From the human T2T-CHM13v2.0 reference genome, Homo sapiens: a DNA stretch of 64,000 bases. Shown one piece after another: positions 1 through 12,731 of this stretch. Positions within the stretch are counted from its first letter, which is position 1; every line of letters starts with the position of its first letter. The notes below the pieces were generated by a model, which was not told the DNA's origin, did not search any database, and saw only the letters and a program-made list of their open reading frames with translations. The stretch lies in NCBI RefSeq assembly GCF_009914755.1, contig NC_060928.1. One strand, given 5' to 3'. Position numbers and translations under genes: made by a program.

Positions 1-321
1 TTCTTTGTAAATGATAGTTTCATTTTTGTTCTTAGTCCTAAAATGTGCCCTTTCATGTAGTAAGCATTTCTCGTTACTGATCTGTGAATTCTCTGGGGTG
101 TCACTGAAAGTGCTAGGTGCTCAGGGAATTCTCTCTACTCTGGCTGGGCCAGAACTTCGCTGCTTCTCAGCACTGCATGACCTATGCTATCTCGGTTCAA
201 CTCTCACTCAAGCAATAGCTGCTCTTACTTAGTCCTCAAAGAATGTTTCCTGCAGATGAACAGCTAAGCTCTTGACAAATGACCTGTAGGAAACCCTCAA
301 AGATTTTGATGTCCACTTCTC

Positions 322-899
322 TGTTACATTTCGACTGCTGTGAAACCAATTACCACAAATTTAGCAGCTTAAAATAACATCCATTTATTAAGTGACAGCT
401 CTGAAGCTCAGAGGACAAGGCATAGAGTAGCTGGTCCTCACCTCGGCTTCTTAAAAGGCTAAAATCAAAGTTTTGACAGGGCTATGTTCCCTTCTGGAAG
501 CTCTGGGGAAAGAATACTTCCAGGCTTAATCAGGGTATTGATAGACTTCAGCTTCTTGAGACTAGAGCACTGACGTCACTATTTCCTTGCTGGCTGTCAG
601 CCAGTGGCTACATTCAGCTCCTAGAAGTTACCTGCATTCCTTGCCATGTGACCTCAACAGGCAGTTAACAACATGGCTGGAAAGAATATCCTCTGCAACT
701 ATTTGGAGAAGACAAAAGGACGCACCTAATCAGGTTAGGCTCATCCTGAATAATCTATCTTATTCGAAGTCAACTGTGCCATACAACATAACCTAATCAT
801 GGGAGTAAAATTCATCATATTCAAAGTCCTGGGATGTATACTGTTGTGTACACCAGGGTACAGGGTCTCAGGGGCCATTATATAATTTTTCTTACCACA
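322..899 (-). mobile_element. MaLR solo LTR, MLT1E/F-like
   Basis: Reverse-complement MLT1 hallmarks: 'aattaccacaaatttagcagcttaaaataaca', 'aaggctaaaatcaaag', terminal 'cttaccaca'. Subfamily uncertain. Confidence 0.75.
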
Positions 900-1407
900 T
901 CCTGTATGTAACTCACTTCTCTCTGGTACCTTACCCTAAAAATATAGCCTCTTCTATTACTGAAATTGATATCTGCCTTCTTAGCTCAGTGAGAATAAGG
1001 TTCTCTGCTTAAATTCTATCTCCCTACATAGTGTTGTGGGGAGTGTCCCTAGGCAGACAGTTGATGTGAATATAAGGCCTACCTCATGTGTTTTTCTTCC
1101 CGCAAAGACCACAGTGTTGTTTTATCCAATGCTTGAAAACAGTTGACTTATGACTGTTGTACAGCTTTCTAGTTGTTTACTTCAGAAGGGCAAGTCTAAT
1201 TCCAGTTATTCCATCATAACTTGAAAAACAATGGGAAATACTTTTCTAAAGAGATAAGTCATGCAAATATCTGAGAAAAAGTATACTAGGAATAGATAAC
1301 AAGTGCATCCTTCTTACACTATTATCAAATATGTTATTCACACTATATATAAAAGCCCACAGTTACAGGAGATATATTTTGGGGGAATGCAATTTATGTG
1401 AGGAAGC

Positions 1408-1442
<35 letters not shown>

Positions 1443-1443
1443 T
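1408..1443. repeat. (TTTA)n microsatellite
   Basis: About 9 TTTA units seen directly. Confidence 0.95.
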
Positions 1444-1609
1444 TCATTATGTAGTCTTAGTGGGCATAGAAAACAAGAGATATTTTTGTAAATAGAGAGC
1501 CTATATACAAAATCAGATAGAACACAAATATCCTTCCTTTGTTATTTGCATATACTGCCAAGGTAATCCACCCAATCCTATGGCTTACACATTGTCCCAT
1601 GCTCAAACG

Positions 1610-2640
1610 TAGGACACTCTGAAATATATTTCTTCAACCTTGATTTCCCACTTTTAGGCCAATATATCTGATCCTCTATTCAACATATTATTAACATATT
1701 AGGCAAATTAAAACTAATGTGTCTGAAATCAAATTTGTCCCCACTCATCCAATGAAATAACTTATTTTCCCTAAGTCTTCCTTATCATAGTGAATGACAA
1801 TTTTTATTCTTTCTATTGCTGAGGCTAAAAGCAAGGGGAAATCCTTGACTTCTCTCTTTCACAACTATATCACGATGATATTCAAATCTTATTACTTTTT
1901 ACTTTTAATCTTGAATCCTACCAAACAGTGAAATTTGTTGGCTCTACTTCAAAATATGCTCCAAATTTTACCACTTATTACCTCCAGAACTGCAACTCTG
2001 AAGCAAGGTCACCAAAATCTATCACCTTGATTATTGCAATTGATTCCAAACTGTTTATATTCTTGTCCCCAGCCCCAGTAGACCCTTCTTACAGCAATCA
2101 GATGATTCCTTTAAAATATGAGTTGTAATCTCCCCAGCCAAAACTCTCCTATGTTCCCCAAACATGCCTAGGAAAAAAGAGGAAATCCTTAGTAAGGTTC
2201 ATACCGACTTATGTGATTAGCTCCTTGCTACTTTTCTAACTGTATCCTCAACCACTATTTATGGTAGCACACTGATCTACTTACTGTTACATGAACAAAT
2301 CAAACATCCCATCATAGGATCTTTACAATTGATATTTATTTTCTGGAAAATTCTTACCTCAAAATCCACGTGGTTCTTTCCCCCATATCACTATGGTTAC
2401 TGCTCAGATGTCACCTGCACAAAGAAATCTATCATGACCATCCTATCAAAGTAGCAATCCCCTCATTGTGCTTTATTTTTCTCCTAGCATTCATCACTTT
2501 TGACATTATATTAAACATCATCAGTTTATTATACTCCTCCTCCACTACCATGTAAGTTAGATGGAGCCAGGAGTCTTGTCTGCCTTGCTTGATGTTGCAT
2601 CCCCAGCAACTTTGATGTAGAAAGTAATCTCAATTTATCA
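1610..2640 (+). mobile_element. L2 LINE 3' fragment
   Basis: Degenerate L2 motifs ('aaaactaatgtgtctgaaatcaaat', 'tgctcagatgtcacct', 'ttgatgttgcatccccagca'). Boundaries approximate. Confidence 0.65.
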
Positions 2641-4063
2641 GAGAGTAAATTGCCTGAGTTTTAATGGTCACAAAACTGAGAAGATACAGTTTTGAAACAG
2701 AAAAACATTTAGTCATTCATGCCCTTTTTACTGACTGTCTACTGTCAACAAGACAGCGTTAAAGAGCAGGTGATCGAACCTGATTTTCAAGTAAAGAGAC
2801 ATTTAACAAAGAATTTGTAGACATTGTAGATATGTCTCATATCTCATAGAAAGAGCATACAAAGTTGTTATATTTTGTTTAGCATAATAGATATAGATGA
2901 TTAGTGCTATATGTTTTGTGAAAATGGTGGCTTCAGGATTTTTTAAGACCTGTGTTAGAAATATTCTCAAGGGTTTTTCAGCAACCATTACCTATCAGGG
3001 AATAGCTGCTCTCCAATACATACTTTTATTTTTTTCTTTATTGATAAACTTTCAAAATTATTATCACCATCAAATACAGATAGCTACATCTTATTCTTTA
3101 TATAACAAAATATTGACCCCATGATAGAGCATAAGATACAAGACAGATTTTGAATCTCCATAGACTGCATTATCTCTTAAAGGGAGCTTCCTATTTATAA
3201 GATTGGGTCTTAGGTGGCAAGTAGGCCAATAAAGCATATTTATTATTCTTGCTTTTGTTAGTATTGTTGCATTTTTCTCCTTTCCCAAATGAAACATTTC
3301 ACAAAGTTTATTGTATGTGCTAATTAGATTAGCAATTATCCATTAAGTTGGATTTCAAAGTACCAATCACATTTTATATCTTAATTTGTTACTTTGTCAC
3401 TAATTAGAATAGCAATTTTTCTAATGGATTAAGTGTAAATTATAACAATTCAGTCCAATTTTTAAAAAGTCTACATATATTTAAGTAATTGAAATAGTAA
3501 TCATTAGCTTATATTTGAATTTAATATATCACGTTAGTAAAGAGTCATATGACAGTTCAAGTCTGTGTAAAATATGGGAAAAATTATTAGAAAAAAACTA
3601 GAGTTAATCATTTCAGTATTGTCCAATTTTATCCCGGTTTGAGTTAAGAGATGAGTGACATATTATCTAATCATGCTTTTCAAGACAGATAAACTAAGTT
3701 CTCTGATAAGAACAACAACAACAACAAAACAGAACATAAAATACAATATATTAAAATATCCAAAGTACACTTTTTATGAATGAGCCTTTCATCTGGGAGT
3801 AGCTGATTAGTATACCTTCTGGTGCAGTAGTAGCCAAGATGCATGGACTAGATCAGAGACAAATAAATTAAATTTCAATTTTAAAATTTCTGATGAGTTT
3901 TGACATCTGAACTTTCAAAATTGTTCAAAGATTTATTTCTTTTTGCTGACTTTTAACAAATATTTTCTGAACAATTCTATTGACAGATGTTTTCTTACTA
4001 TCATATTAGAGATACATCGAAGACATATAAAATGTTAGCAGTATGATACCATAAATGTACATC

Positions 4064-4748
4064 TGAAACTGCCTTTGCTAAATTATGACAGTAAGAGAAA
4101 TCTGACCATTGACTCCCTATCTTGCTTCTAACCTCCAAGCTTTCCTTGGTCATCCTCAGCGTAGGCCATGCTACTTTGGGAGGAATTTAGTTTATAGTTT
4201 AATTTTAAAACAAAAATAATAATAGTCCCTCTGTACAATTAATTGCCTCACTGGATATTGAAATTGCCTTTGTAAGACTAATGAGAGGTCACAGGCTAGA
4301 TTTAGTTTCTACAGTCCCTTACTAGGCAGGGGTAATGGGGCCAGAGGTCACAAGATTTGTGACTTTCTCAATTGCTCCTATGGATAACATCTAGGATTGG
4401 GTTTTTTTTTTTTTTTAGATGTTTTCAGACTGACCCACCCAAACTCATGACTCAACTAATCTGTTACCCCACCCAGAGGCAGACTCAGCAGCACAGGGAC
4501 CATTTTTCACAACTTCTATGATTTCAGCCCCAACCAGTCAGTGGCACCCATACCCTAGACTCTGTCCACCAAATTGTCTGTAAAAACCCTAACCTCCAGG
4601 CATTCCAGGAAACTGATTTCAGTGATAACTCCAGTTCTTCTGCATGGCCAATCTCAAGTCGATTAAACTCTCTCTACTGCAATACCACTGTCTCAGCGAA
4701 CTGATTTCATTTGTGCAGCAGGTAGGAAGAATCTGTCAGGCCATAACA
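4064..4748 (+). mobile_element. ERV1 solo LTR, LTR8 family (LTR8A/B)
   Basis: Starts 'tgaaactgcctttgctaaattatgac', contains 'ctttgggaggaatttagtttatagttt', ends 'ccataaca'. About 685 bp, TG...CA termini. Confidence 0.85.
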
Positions 4749-7067
4749 TATTTATTGGATAGACAATAGCCTATAAAATGACTATAAACGCTTGACTACA
4801 TTAATGCCTTCCTACATTTACTACATTAACATTAATATTCTTTTGTTTATTTACTATATTTAATGATTATTTTAGTCAGGCACAAGATGCTGTATTGTTT
4901 AGGACAGTTCCCTAGTCTTAGGCTAAATAGGAATACCAGTAGAAAAAAATATAGCCTTTGTCAATTATAAACTTGCATAAATCCTGAAATTGCACTCTGC
5001 CCCACTATACTATTATTATATAACTCACTCTGGTTCTTTGCTCTTAGTTATGACCCCAGGATGGTAAAAGCTGATGTACATTTACAAATTAGTAAATACA
5101 GATATTTTAAGATACTGATAATTAAAAAACAGACCCATCAACCAATTAGGATAACAAATGTATTACTCTCTGTTCTCCAAACATCAAATGAAATATTACA
5201 ATAAACAAGTTACAATTAACATTGTAAATATGTTAATGATCAAACTCTTGGCAAACAAACTAGTGAATACTTGCTTATGAAAGAGTCCATATCTATGGAA
5301 TGCTTTTAGCAAGTTGTCTACAGTAGGTTCATGGTAAACAAATAGAAATCTTTGTATTTATGGGGCAGCTTTCTGGAAATGTCTCAGAAGCTATGTAACT
5401 ATATGAATAGAAAGTGGAGATGTTTCTTGGCCCAGGCAACTTTCCTCTGTGTAAGTGATGTAGTTACTTATATTATACCAGACCTTTCCTTGTTTGTCTA
5501 TGCTTGTGATTATTTATAGCATCTAAATGATTACTAAAGCTATCAGACTTGGTTAGATCTCTGATTCATATGATTGAGATTTGACAATCTGATCCTTTGT
5601 GTTATCATAGTATATGTTTAATATGTTAGGTTAACTACATGGCAGACTAAGTATTTTTAAACAGTCACATGATTGGGTGAAAAATATGTCACAGCCACTT
5701 AAAGTAGCTATCATTCAGGAATATGCGAAGAATGTATGATCTTCATCCTTGCAACAAATATTCCTAAAACTTAACTCTTTGTTTAAGAATCCAACAGTTA
5801 GTGCATTCTAAAGGTCTTTTGTCTATTAAGCCCAAGTATAAACCAATCCAATTTTTAGTAGGATTTTAGGAAGATAAGTTATGACACAAAAGCCATTAAC
5901 CTATTCTGTACAGAGGGTAAGAGAGAGGGAATGAAAAATCAAATCAGGAGGTTAATTTTTACTCATCTATTTCAAAGCTATAGTAACATATCCTCCATTT
6001 ACTTTAGGTTTTGATCTTCTCTTTAAATTCTCTTTTATTATTTATATCCTCCAAGTTTTTCCTCTCACCTTAAGCCATATGACTCTGTGTTCTCTTAATT
6101 ATAATCATCTGCTTTTGTATGGATCTTTCTGGTTATGTTTATGCTTATACAAATATAAATGCATCACATGAAAACTTTCACATTTCTTTCTAGATTTCTT
6201 TTTTTTCTAAGTCCAGAAAGTGCCATTCTATTAAGCAAATTGCCCTTTTCTTTTTAACAAATTATATTTACTGTCATTAAAAATGAGCTCTTAAAAAAAA
6301 AGGGCTTACTATTCAGAGAGAAATTTCTTTCAGAATTCAGATTTTGATGAAGAGAAATTCTTAAAAATTATAACCTTACTACTTTTCAATCTCTCTCTTT
6401 CTCTTTTTCTTTTACCCCTGCTCAGTTCTCCCCTATATAAAAATGACTTATCTGATAGGTAAAATTGGGGAAAACTCACAAGCCTCCTATGGAACATAAG
6501 TTAGCTGCTAGTTCATGCTCTAAATCTTCCCATGTCATCTACAGTGCCCTCATGGGGAAGTTTGTCTGAGATCAGTTAGCCAAGGGTGGAGTCACTTTAT
6601 GTCTGTTTCATGCTGAGGTTCACTGTGGGATTGAATATTTCACTTTCAATAATCATTACATTCCTGGAAAGATCTCAATGAATCATGTTTTTTTTTTTGA
6701 CTTATCAATGCACAATTAGGTCATTTTTAAATTTCTATGTTTACAGTAAGTTTGTAACAAACATATTTGTAGCTACTTTTTCATATATTTCTGTGTTTTA
6801 TGTCTCTAGACCAAATTTCTAAAATTGAATTTGCTTATACAAAGACTTCTGCATATTTAAAATTTTTATAGGTATTTTCAAGGCACTGTCAATAATTTTC
6901 ACTAATTTATACTCACAACAATAATGTAAAAAAAGATTTTTCTACTGTAACATCTGAAAAGCTATTTATATTTTTATTCATTTTATTTTCATGAGGTTGA
7001 GCAAAATCTTATATATTTATCCTGTGTCTATTTTTCTGCAAATTTTACATTTATGCCCGATAACCTA

Positions 7068-7368
7068 TTTTTCTTTTCTTTTTTTTTTCGAGACACAGTC
7101 TCACTCTGTCGCCCAGGCTGGAGTGCAATGATGTGATCTTGGCTCACTTCAACTTCTGCCTCCTGGGTTCAAGTGATTCTCCTGCCTCAGCCTCCTGAGT
7201 AGCTGGGATTACAGGCGCCTGCCACCACACCTGGCTAATTTTTGTATTTTTAGTAGAGACGGGGTTTCACCAGGTTGGTCAGGCTGGTCTTGAACTCCTG
7301 ACCTCATGATCCGCCCGTCTTGGCCTCCCAAAGTGTTGGGATTACAGGTGTGAGCCACGGCGCCTGGC
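7068..7368 (-). mobile_element. AluS (Sg/Sc-like)
   Basis: Full dimer after a poly-T tail; 'gacctcatgatcc' 2-bp-deletion form. Confidence 0.95.
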
Positions 7369-7936
7369 AGGTTTTTCTATTTTTTTTTTTAATATCTTTG
7401 CAAGAGATTCTTTTATGTTAACAAAATGTGTTCTTTTTTAATCATATGTGTTACAAATGATATTTTGTTGTTTATTTGTGACTTGCTATACTCCGTGTAT
7501 CTTTAACACGCATATGTTTTGAAATTTTATGTAGTTAAATTTCTTATTGTTTTTTTCTTTATGGCTTCAGCATGTCAGGTTTAGAAACTCCTTTTTTGAC
7601 TTCAAAGTTATACAATACTTTTTTTTTAACTTCCACAATTTTCTCCACATTAAACAGTAAAGTGGGGTGGTATGATTAGACTGGCTATTTTCATATTTTC
7701 CTTTCTATAAAAGTTGAATCACGTTTGAGGTTGGAGCAGAAATAGTAGTAAATGAAGAAAGGTAAGCCACCTTGAACTCCTAAAAAAGCAAAAAAAAAAA
7801 AAACAAAAAAAACAAATGCAGAACAATATATGCATAAACAAACAAATGAAAAACATGGAAAAACATAGGGGTCAGAAGCATCTGTGGTACCTGTAATATG
7901 GAAGAGTTGATAAGTCTCTCTAAAAAAGGATGTTTT

Positions 7937-8231
7937 GGCCGGGTGCAGTGTCTCATGCCTGTAATCCCAGCACTTTGGGAGGCTGAGACAGGGAAATCAC
8001 CTGAGGTAAGGAGTTCGAGACCAGCCTGACCAACATGGGGAAATCCCATCTCTACTAAAACTACAAAATTAGCTGAATGTGGTAGCGGACTCCTGTAACC
8101 CCAGCTACTCAGGAGGCTGAGTCAGGAGGATCACTCGAACCCAGGAGGCAGAGGTTGTAGTGAACTGAGATCGGACCACTGCATTCCAGCCTGCGTGACA
8201 AGAGTGAAACTCCATCTCAAAAAAAAAAAAA
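7937..8231 (+). mobile_element. AluS (Sp/Sq-like)
   Basis: 'ggccgggtgcagtg' to 'ccatctc' plus A tail. Confidence 0.95.
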
Positions 8232-8981
8232 GTATGATTCAAAAGATTACGGTTTCTTGCTATATAAGGCAGCTACAGAAGGAAAAGGCTCATAAAAGTG
8301 GTGTTTTCCTTACTACTGAATGATTGAAAGATTGCATCTATTTTAATTTCAATTTGCTTCAATTTCTACCATGGCTTTAAATATATCTACTTTATTTCAG
8401 CTCACTTACCAATAATTCAGACTTATACAGGAATAGGTATTATCAGCTATTACCTGATAATAAGCAAATATAATAAATGTTATTTTCAATATGCAATATT
8501 AAAGTCTAATTTGTAATCTACCATTGTAACTCTAAGTAGGAATTAGAGTAAAAATGAATTCTAATTTAAAAATTTTAATGAGTTTAATACCTTGTATATG
8601 TTGAATGTTAATAATTATAGTAATAACTTACACTAAAATGTATAATTTTATAATCAGGACTTTGCATTCATTGGATTAAATACAAAAACATAAAATATTC
8701 AACACTGAAAATATTATCGGAAAATTTGTATGACTTTGTTGAGTGAGTAGAAGAAATAATGGAAAAAACAAAAGCAACTTAGGAAAAGTAGACGTATTTA
8801 ACTACCTAAGTCTAGTTATATTATCTCATGCTATTCTATTTAGGTATGGGAAACAATTCCCATAGAATGTTATGGAGCAAGTAATTGAAGAATAAATATT
8901 TAAAATCTATGTAATAGTTAAAGATCTAATGTCCCTAGTTGTTCAGAGAATGCCTCAAAGTACTAAGAAAAAGATAAATCC

Positions 8982-9315
<334 letters not shown>

Positions 9316-10069
9316 TCAATTTAAATTTGAGGAAAATCTATAGCCAAAAATACGTGTCAGGAATCTAACCAATTTTTAAATAATTTCTGTATCAATGAGA
9401 CATATTTTATTTTATCTACCCATCATTTTGAATACCAATAGAAATACAACCTTCATTTTTGGTGGCAATTTGAGTAAATGAACACTCTTGTACACTGCTA
9501 ATAGAAATAATTATTGCTATAGCTTTTATGGAATGTAAATTGCCTTTAACATTAAAAAAAGACCTATCACCTTATAATTTTTTCCATAAATCTTACTTTT
9601 ATGAATCTTTCATAGAGAAGTAAAGAGAACATACATGAATACAGGTTAGATTGATTTATAGAGAGAAAAGAGAGAGAGAAATGGAGATACATATATGAAT
9701 ATATATATATATACAGAACTATAGCTATGTATCAAGAGATAAATGGCATACAGATGCATATTGCAGCATTAGTTTACTGAAACAATATTGGTAAACATTT
9801 TAATGTCTGTCAGTATTCATCATTAGAGTGGTATAAAAATCTTACATAATGTTATGAAGCTATTACAAAAAAAAGGTACTTCAATATTATATACTGTAAA
9901 TTTTTTAACAAAGCAAGCAACCAACAAGTTAAGAATAATTTAAAGTATATGATTACATTTTGATAAAAATAGCAACATTCCTTAAATGTTTATGTGTGTG
10001 TGTGTGTGTATTAGTGGTAAGGAAAAAACATATCAGACTAATAACATTTGTTAAACGATAAGTGGGCAG

Positions 10070-10424
10070 TGTCATGCGCGTCGCTGTGAAGAGAGTCCAC
10101 CAACAGGCTTTGTGTGAGCAACAAGGCTGTTTATTTCACCTGGGTGCAGGTGGGCTGAGTCCGAAAAAGGAGTCAGCAAAGGGTGATGGGATTATCATTA
10201 GTTCTCATAGGTTTAGGATGGGCGTACAAAGTACCTTCTTAAGGGCGGGGAAGAATATATCGTATCAGTTAGGGTGGGTCAGGAACAAATCACAGTGGTG
10301 GAATGTCATCAGTTAAGGCTATTTTCACTTCTTTTGTGGATCTTCAGTTGCTTCAGGACATCTGGATGTACACATGCTGGTCACAGGGGATATGATGGCT
10401 TAGTTTGGGCTCAGAGGCCTGACA
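10070..10424 (-). mobile_element. HERV-H solo LTR (LTR7 family, short variant)
   Basis: Reverse complement begins TGTCAGGCCTCTGAGCCCAAACTAAGCCATCATATCCCCTGTGACC and ends 'gacgcgcatgaca'. TSD ggcag/ggcaa; 355 bp. Confidence 0.93.
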
Positions 10425-10606
10425 GGCAAGGGGTTCAGGAGTGGGAATTCTAGACCAACTTCTTACTTTGCTTTGCTTGAAAGTTTACAGAGAATAGATT
10501 CCACCATTGTAGATTTTGGTAAGAAACATAATGTATGAAATGTGGAAAGAAAGATAAGTCAACATAATTGGAATAAAAATAAATTAGAAATAAATAAGAA
10601 AGTTTT

Positions 10607-10760
10607 CCCCCTCTGCCTCCCTCCCTCCCTCCATTTCCTCTCCTCTCCTCTCCCTTCCCCTCCTCTCCTCTCCTCTCCCTTCCCTTCCCCTCCCCTCCCC
10701 TCCCCTCCCCTCCTCTCCTCTCCTCTCCTTTCCTCTTTTCTTTCTTTTCTTTTCTTTCTC
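10607..10760. repeat. Polypyrimidine tract (CCCT/CTCCT/CCCTT/CTTTT units)
   Basis: About 150 nt almost purely C/T, adjoining the tail end of the AluJ. Confidence 0.95.
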
Positions 10761-11019
10761 CGAGGCTGGAGTACACTGCAGTGGCATCATAGCTCACTGC
10801 AGCCTCAAACTCCTGGGCTCAAGCAATCTTCCCTCCTCAGCCTCCCAAATAGTTGAGACTGTGGTGCACGCCACTACACTTGCTAATTTTTAAATTTTTT
10901 ATAGAGTCGGAGTCTAGCTTTGTTGCTGAAGCTGGTCTTGAACTCCTAGACTCAAGCAATCCTTCTGTCTCAGCCTCACAATATGGCAGGATTATAGGCA
11001 TAAGCCACTGTGCCCAGCC
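10761..11019 (-). mobile_element. AluJ
   Basis: J diagnostics 'cactgcagcctcaaactcctgggctcaagcaatc' in both arms; diverged. Confidence 0.9.
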
Positions 11020-12177
11020 TTAAGAAGTTTTTGAATAAATTGTTATTATTATTACAAACAAATTGTTTTGGGTCTCTAACTTTAAACCTCCTATTTTTAT
11101 TTTTAAAATTTACTTTAGAAGTAATAGGAAGAAGTTTATAAATATGAAAAAGATAATTCCATCATAAATGGGTCATTTCCACTAAACATTTGTGTGAAAA
11201 TTTAAGAAGATAGGCTGCTACTGTAAAATACGACAAAAATGTGTTTAAGTTACATTGTATTTTTCTTCTATCTATGCTAGAATACATTCATCCTTATATT
11301 AGCTCCCAAGTTGAACTTAAAATATCTGGATGAAGGATTAATAATGTAATCTTTGCTTAGTTCGATTCAAACAAATTAGGTAATAATGAAGTATTTGAAT
11401 CCATTATCATTTTGAACTATGTGTTTTTCTCAATTAGGAGGAATTAAAATGAAATCTTGCAATTTGTTAAAGTTTTTAAAAATTTATGTCTAGATCTTAT
11501 TGAGATTCTAGTTCTTTGGCATAAGAGATTTGTAAAGCACATGCAATCGTTCATTTCCAGTCACAATGCCAACTTAGATAGGCCTGAAGCTGGTTCAGTT
11601 CAGAAACCCACCTAGAGATATTGGGGCTTCCACCACCACTACCTCCTCCTGCTACCCACCACTAGGTGCTAAGATACTAAACAGACAGGGAAAAGGAAAG
11701 GGGAAATAAAAAATAACATAGATTCATACAATAAAAATTTATCCCAGTCATCCAGTCTGAATGACAGATGAAAGCAGAACTGATTTGCTATTCCCCTGAG
11801 CACCTTTCCCCAAAGTGCCAAATATCAATGTTTTTAAAGGTAATATGTTGACAGGATAGTTATTAAAACTATAAAAGAAGAGGAAGTACATAAAAGTAAG
11901 ACCTGGAGGCTGTCAAAAGATTGTGCTATTCTTCCCAATCAACCAATTTTACAGTCCTGTTGAGACCTGGCCTTTGGCTCAGTTCCTTGCTGATGAGACC
12001 CAGCTTTCCTATATCCACACACCTCTTTTTTACCCAAACCCTATAAAAGAATCCCTGAGGCTCCAAGGAACTCAGTTTAAAACAAAATACAAAAATTGCT
12101 GTCTTAGTTCAATACACTCATTCAATAGATGAAAACATTTGAAGTTAAATAGGTGAAATATTTTACTGGAAGTTATG

Positions 12178-12510
12178 TGTCTTAGTCTATTCATAACAAA
12201 CTGCCATAGACTGGGTGTCTTCGAAACCAGAAAAATTTATTTCTTGTGGTTCTGGAGCTGGAAAGTCCAAGAGCAAGGCACCAGATGAGGAAGCTGCCTT
12301 GAGTCCCTGATTCTTGGTTCATAGAGGACTGTCTCTCACTACGTCCTCACAGGGTAAAAGGGGTGAGGATTTGTCCGGGCTCTTTTATAAAGGCATGAAT
12401 CCCTAATCACCTAATCAATTCTCAAAGGCCTTATTTTCAAATAACATCACATTGGGGATTAGGTTTCAGCATACGACATTTGCAAGCACACAAGCATTTA
12501 GTCTATAACA
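12178..12510 (-). mobile_element. MaLR solo LTR MLT1A-like, inserted in a MIR
   Basis: 'tgtcttagtc' to 'gtctataaca' with 5-bp TSD ttatg/ttatg. MIR-like sequence on both sides (about 12130-12177 and 12511-12590). Confidence 0.85.
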
Positions 12511-12731
12511 TTATGTTTGGTAATGGGCAGAACTTAGCTTTGAACTCACGACCTCTGCATCTGGGTTTGGTTTTCTTTTCCAACATCAAGGTACATCGTA
12601 GGAACCTGTCCTAAGTCTTAGTTCATCCTTATTTAAATAAAGAAAAGAAAATATTTAAAATTACCAGAGATAAAGTTTTAAGTAACCCACACAAATTTCC
12701 ACATTAAGGATTTTGTGTTTTATAAATTATA

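Noticed and set aside
7714-7761. Exon-like 48 nt (pyrimidine tract, AAG acceptor, AAG/GTAAGC donor)
   Set aside because: Stops in all three frames and no supporting evidence; at most a non-coding exon.
10450-10856. Low-complexity E/G/R-rich and P/S/L-rich ORFs
   Set aside because: Translations of the polypyrimidine tract.
11655-11675. CTCF-like 'ccactaggtgcta'
   Set aside because: Only a partial match, lacking the GGC core end; not supportable without ChIP data.
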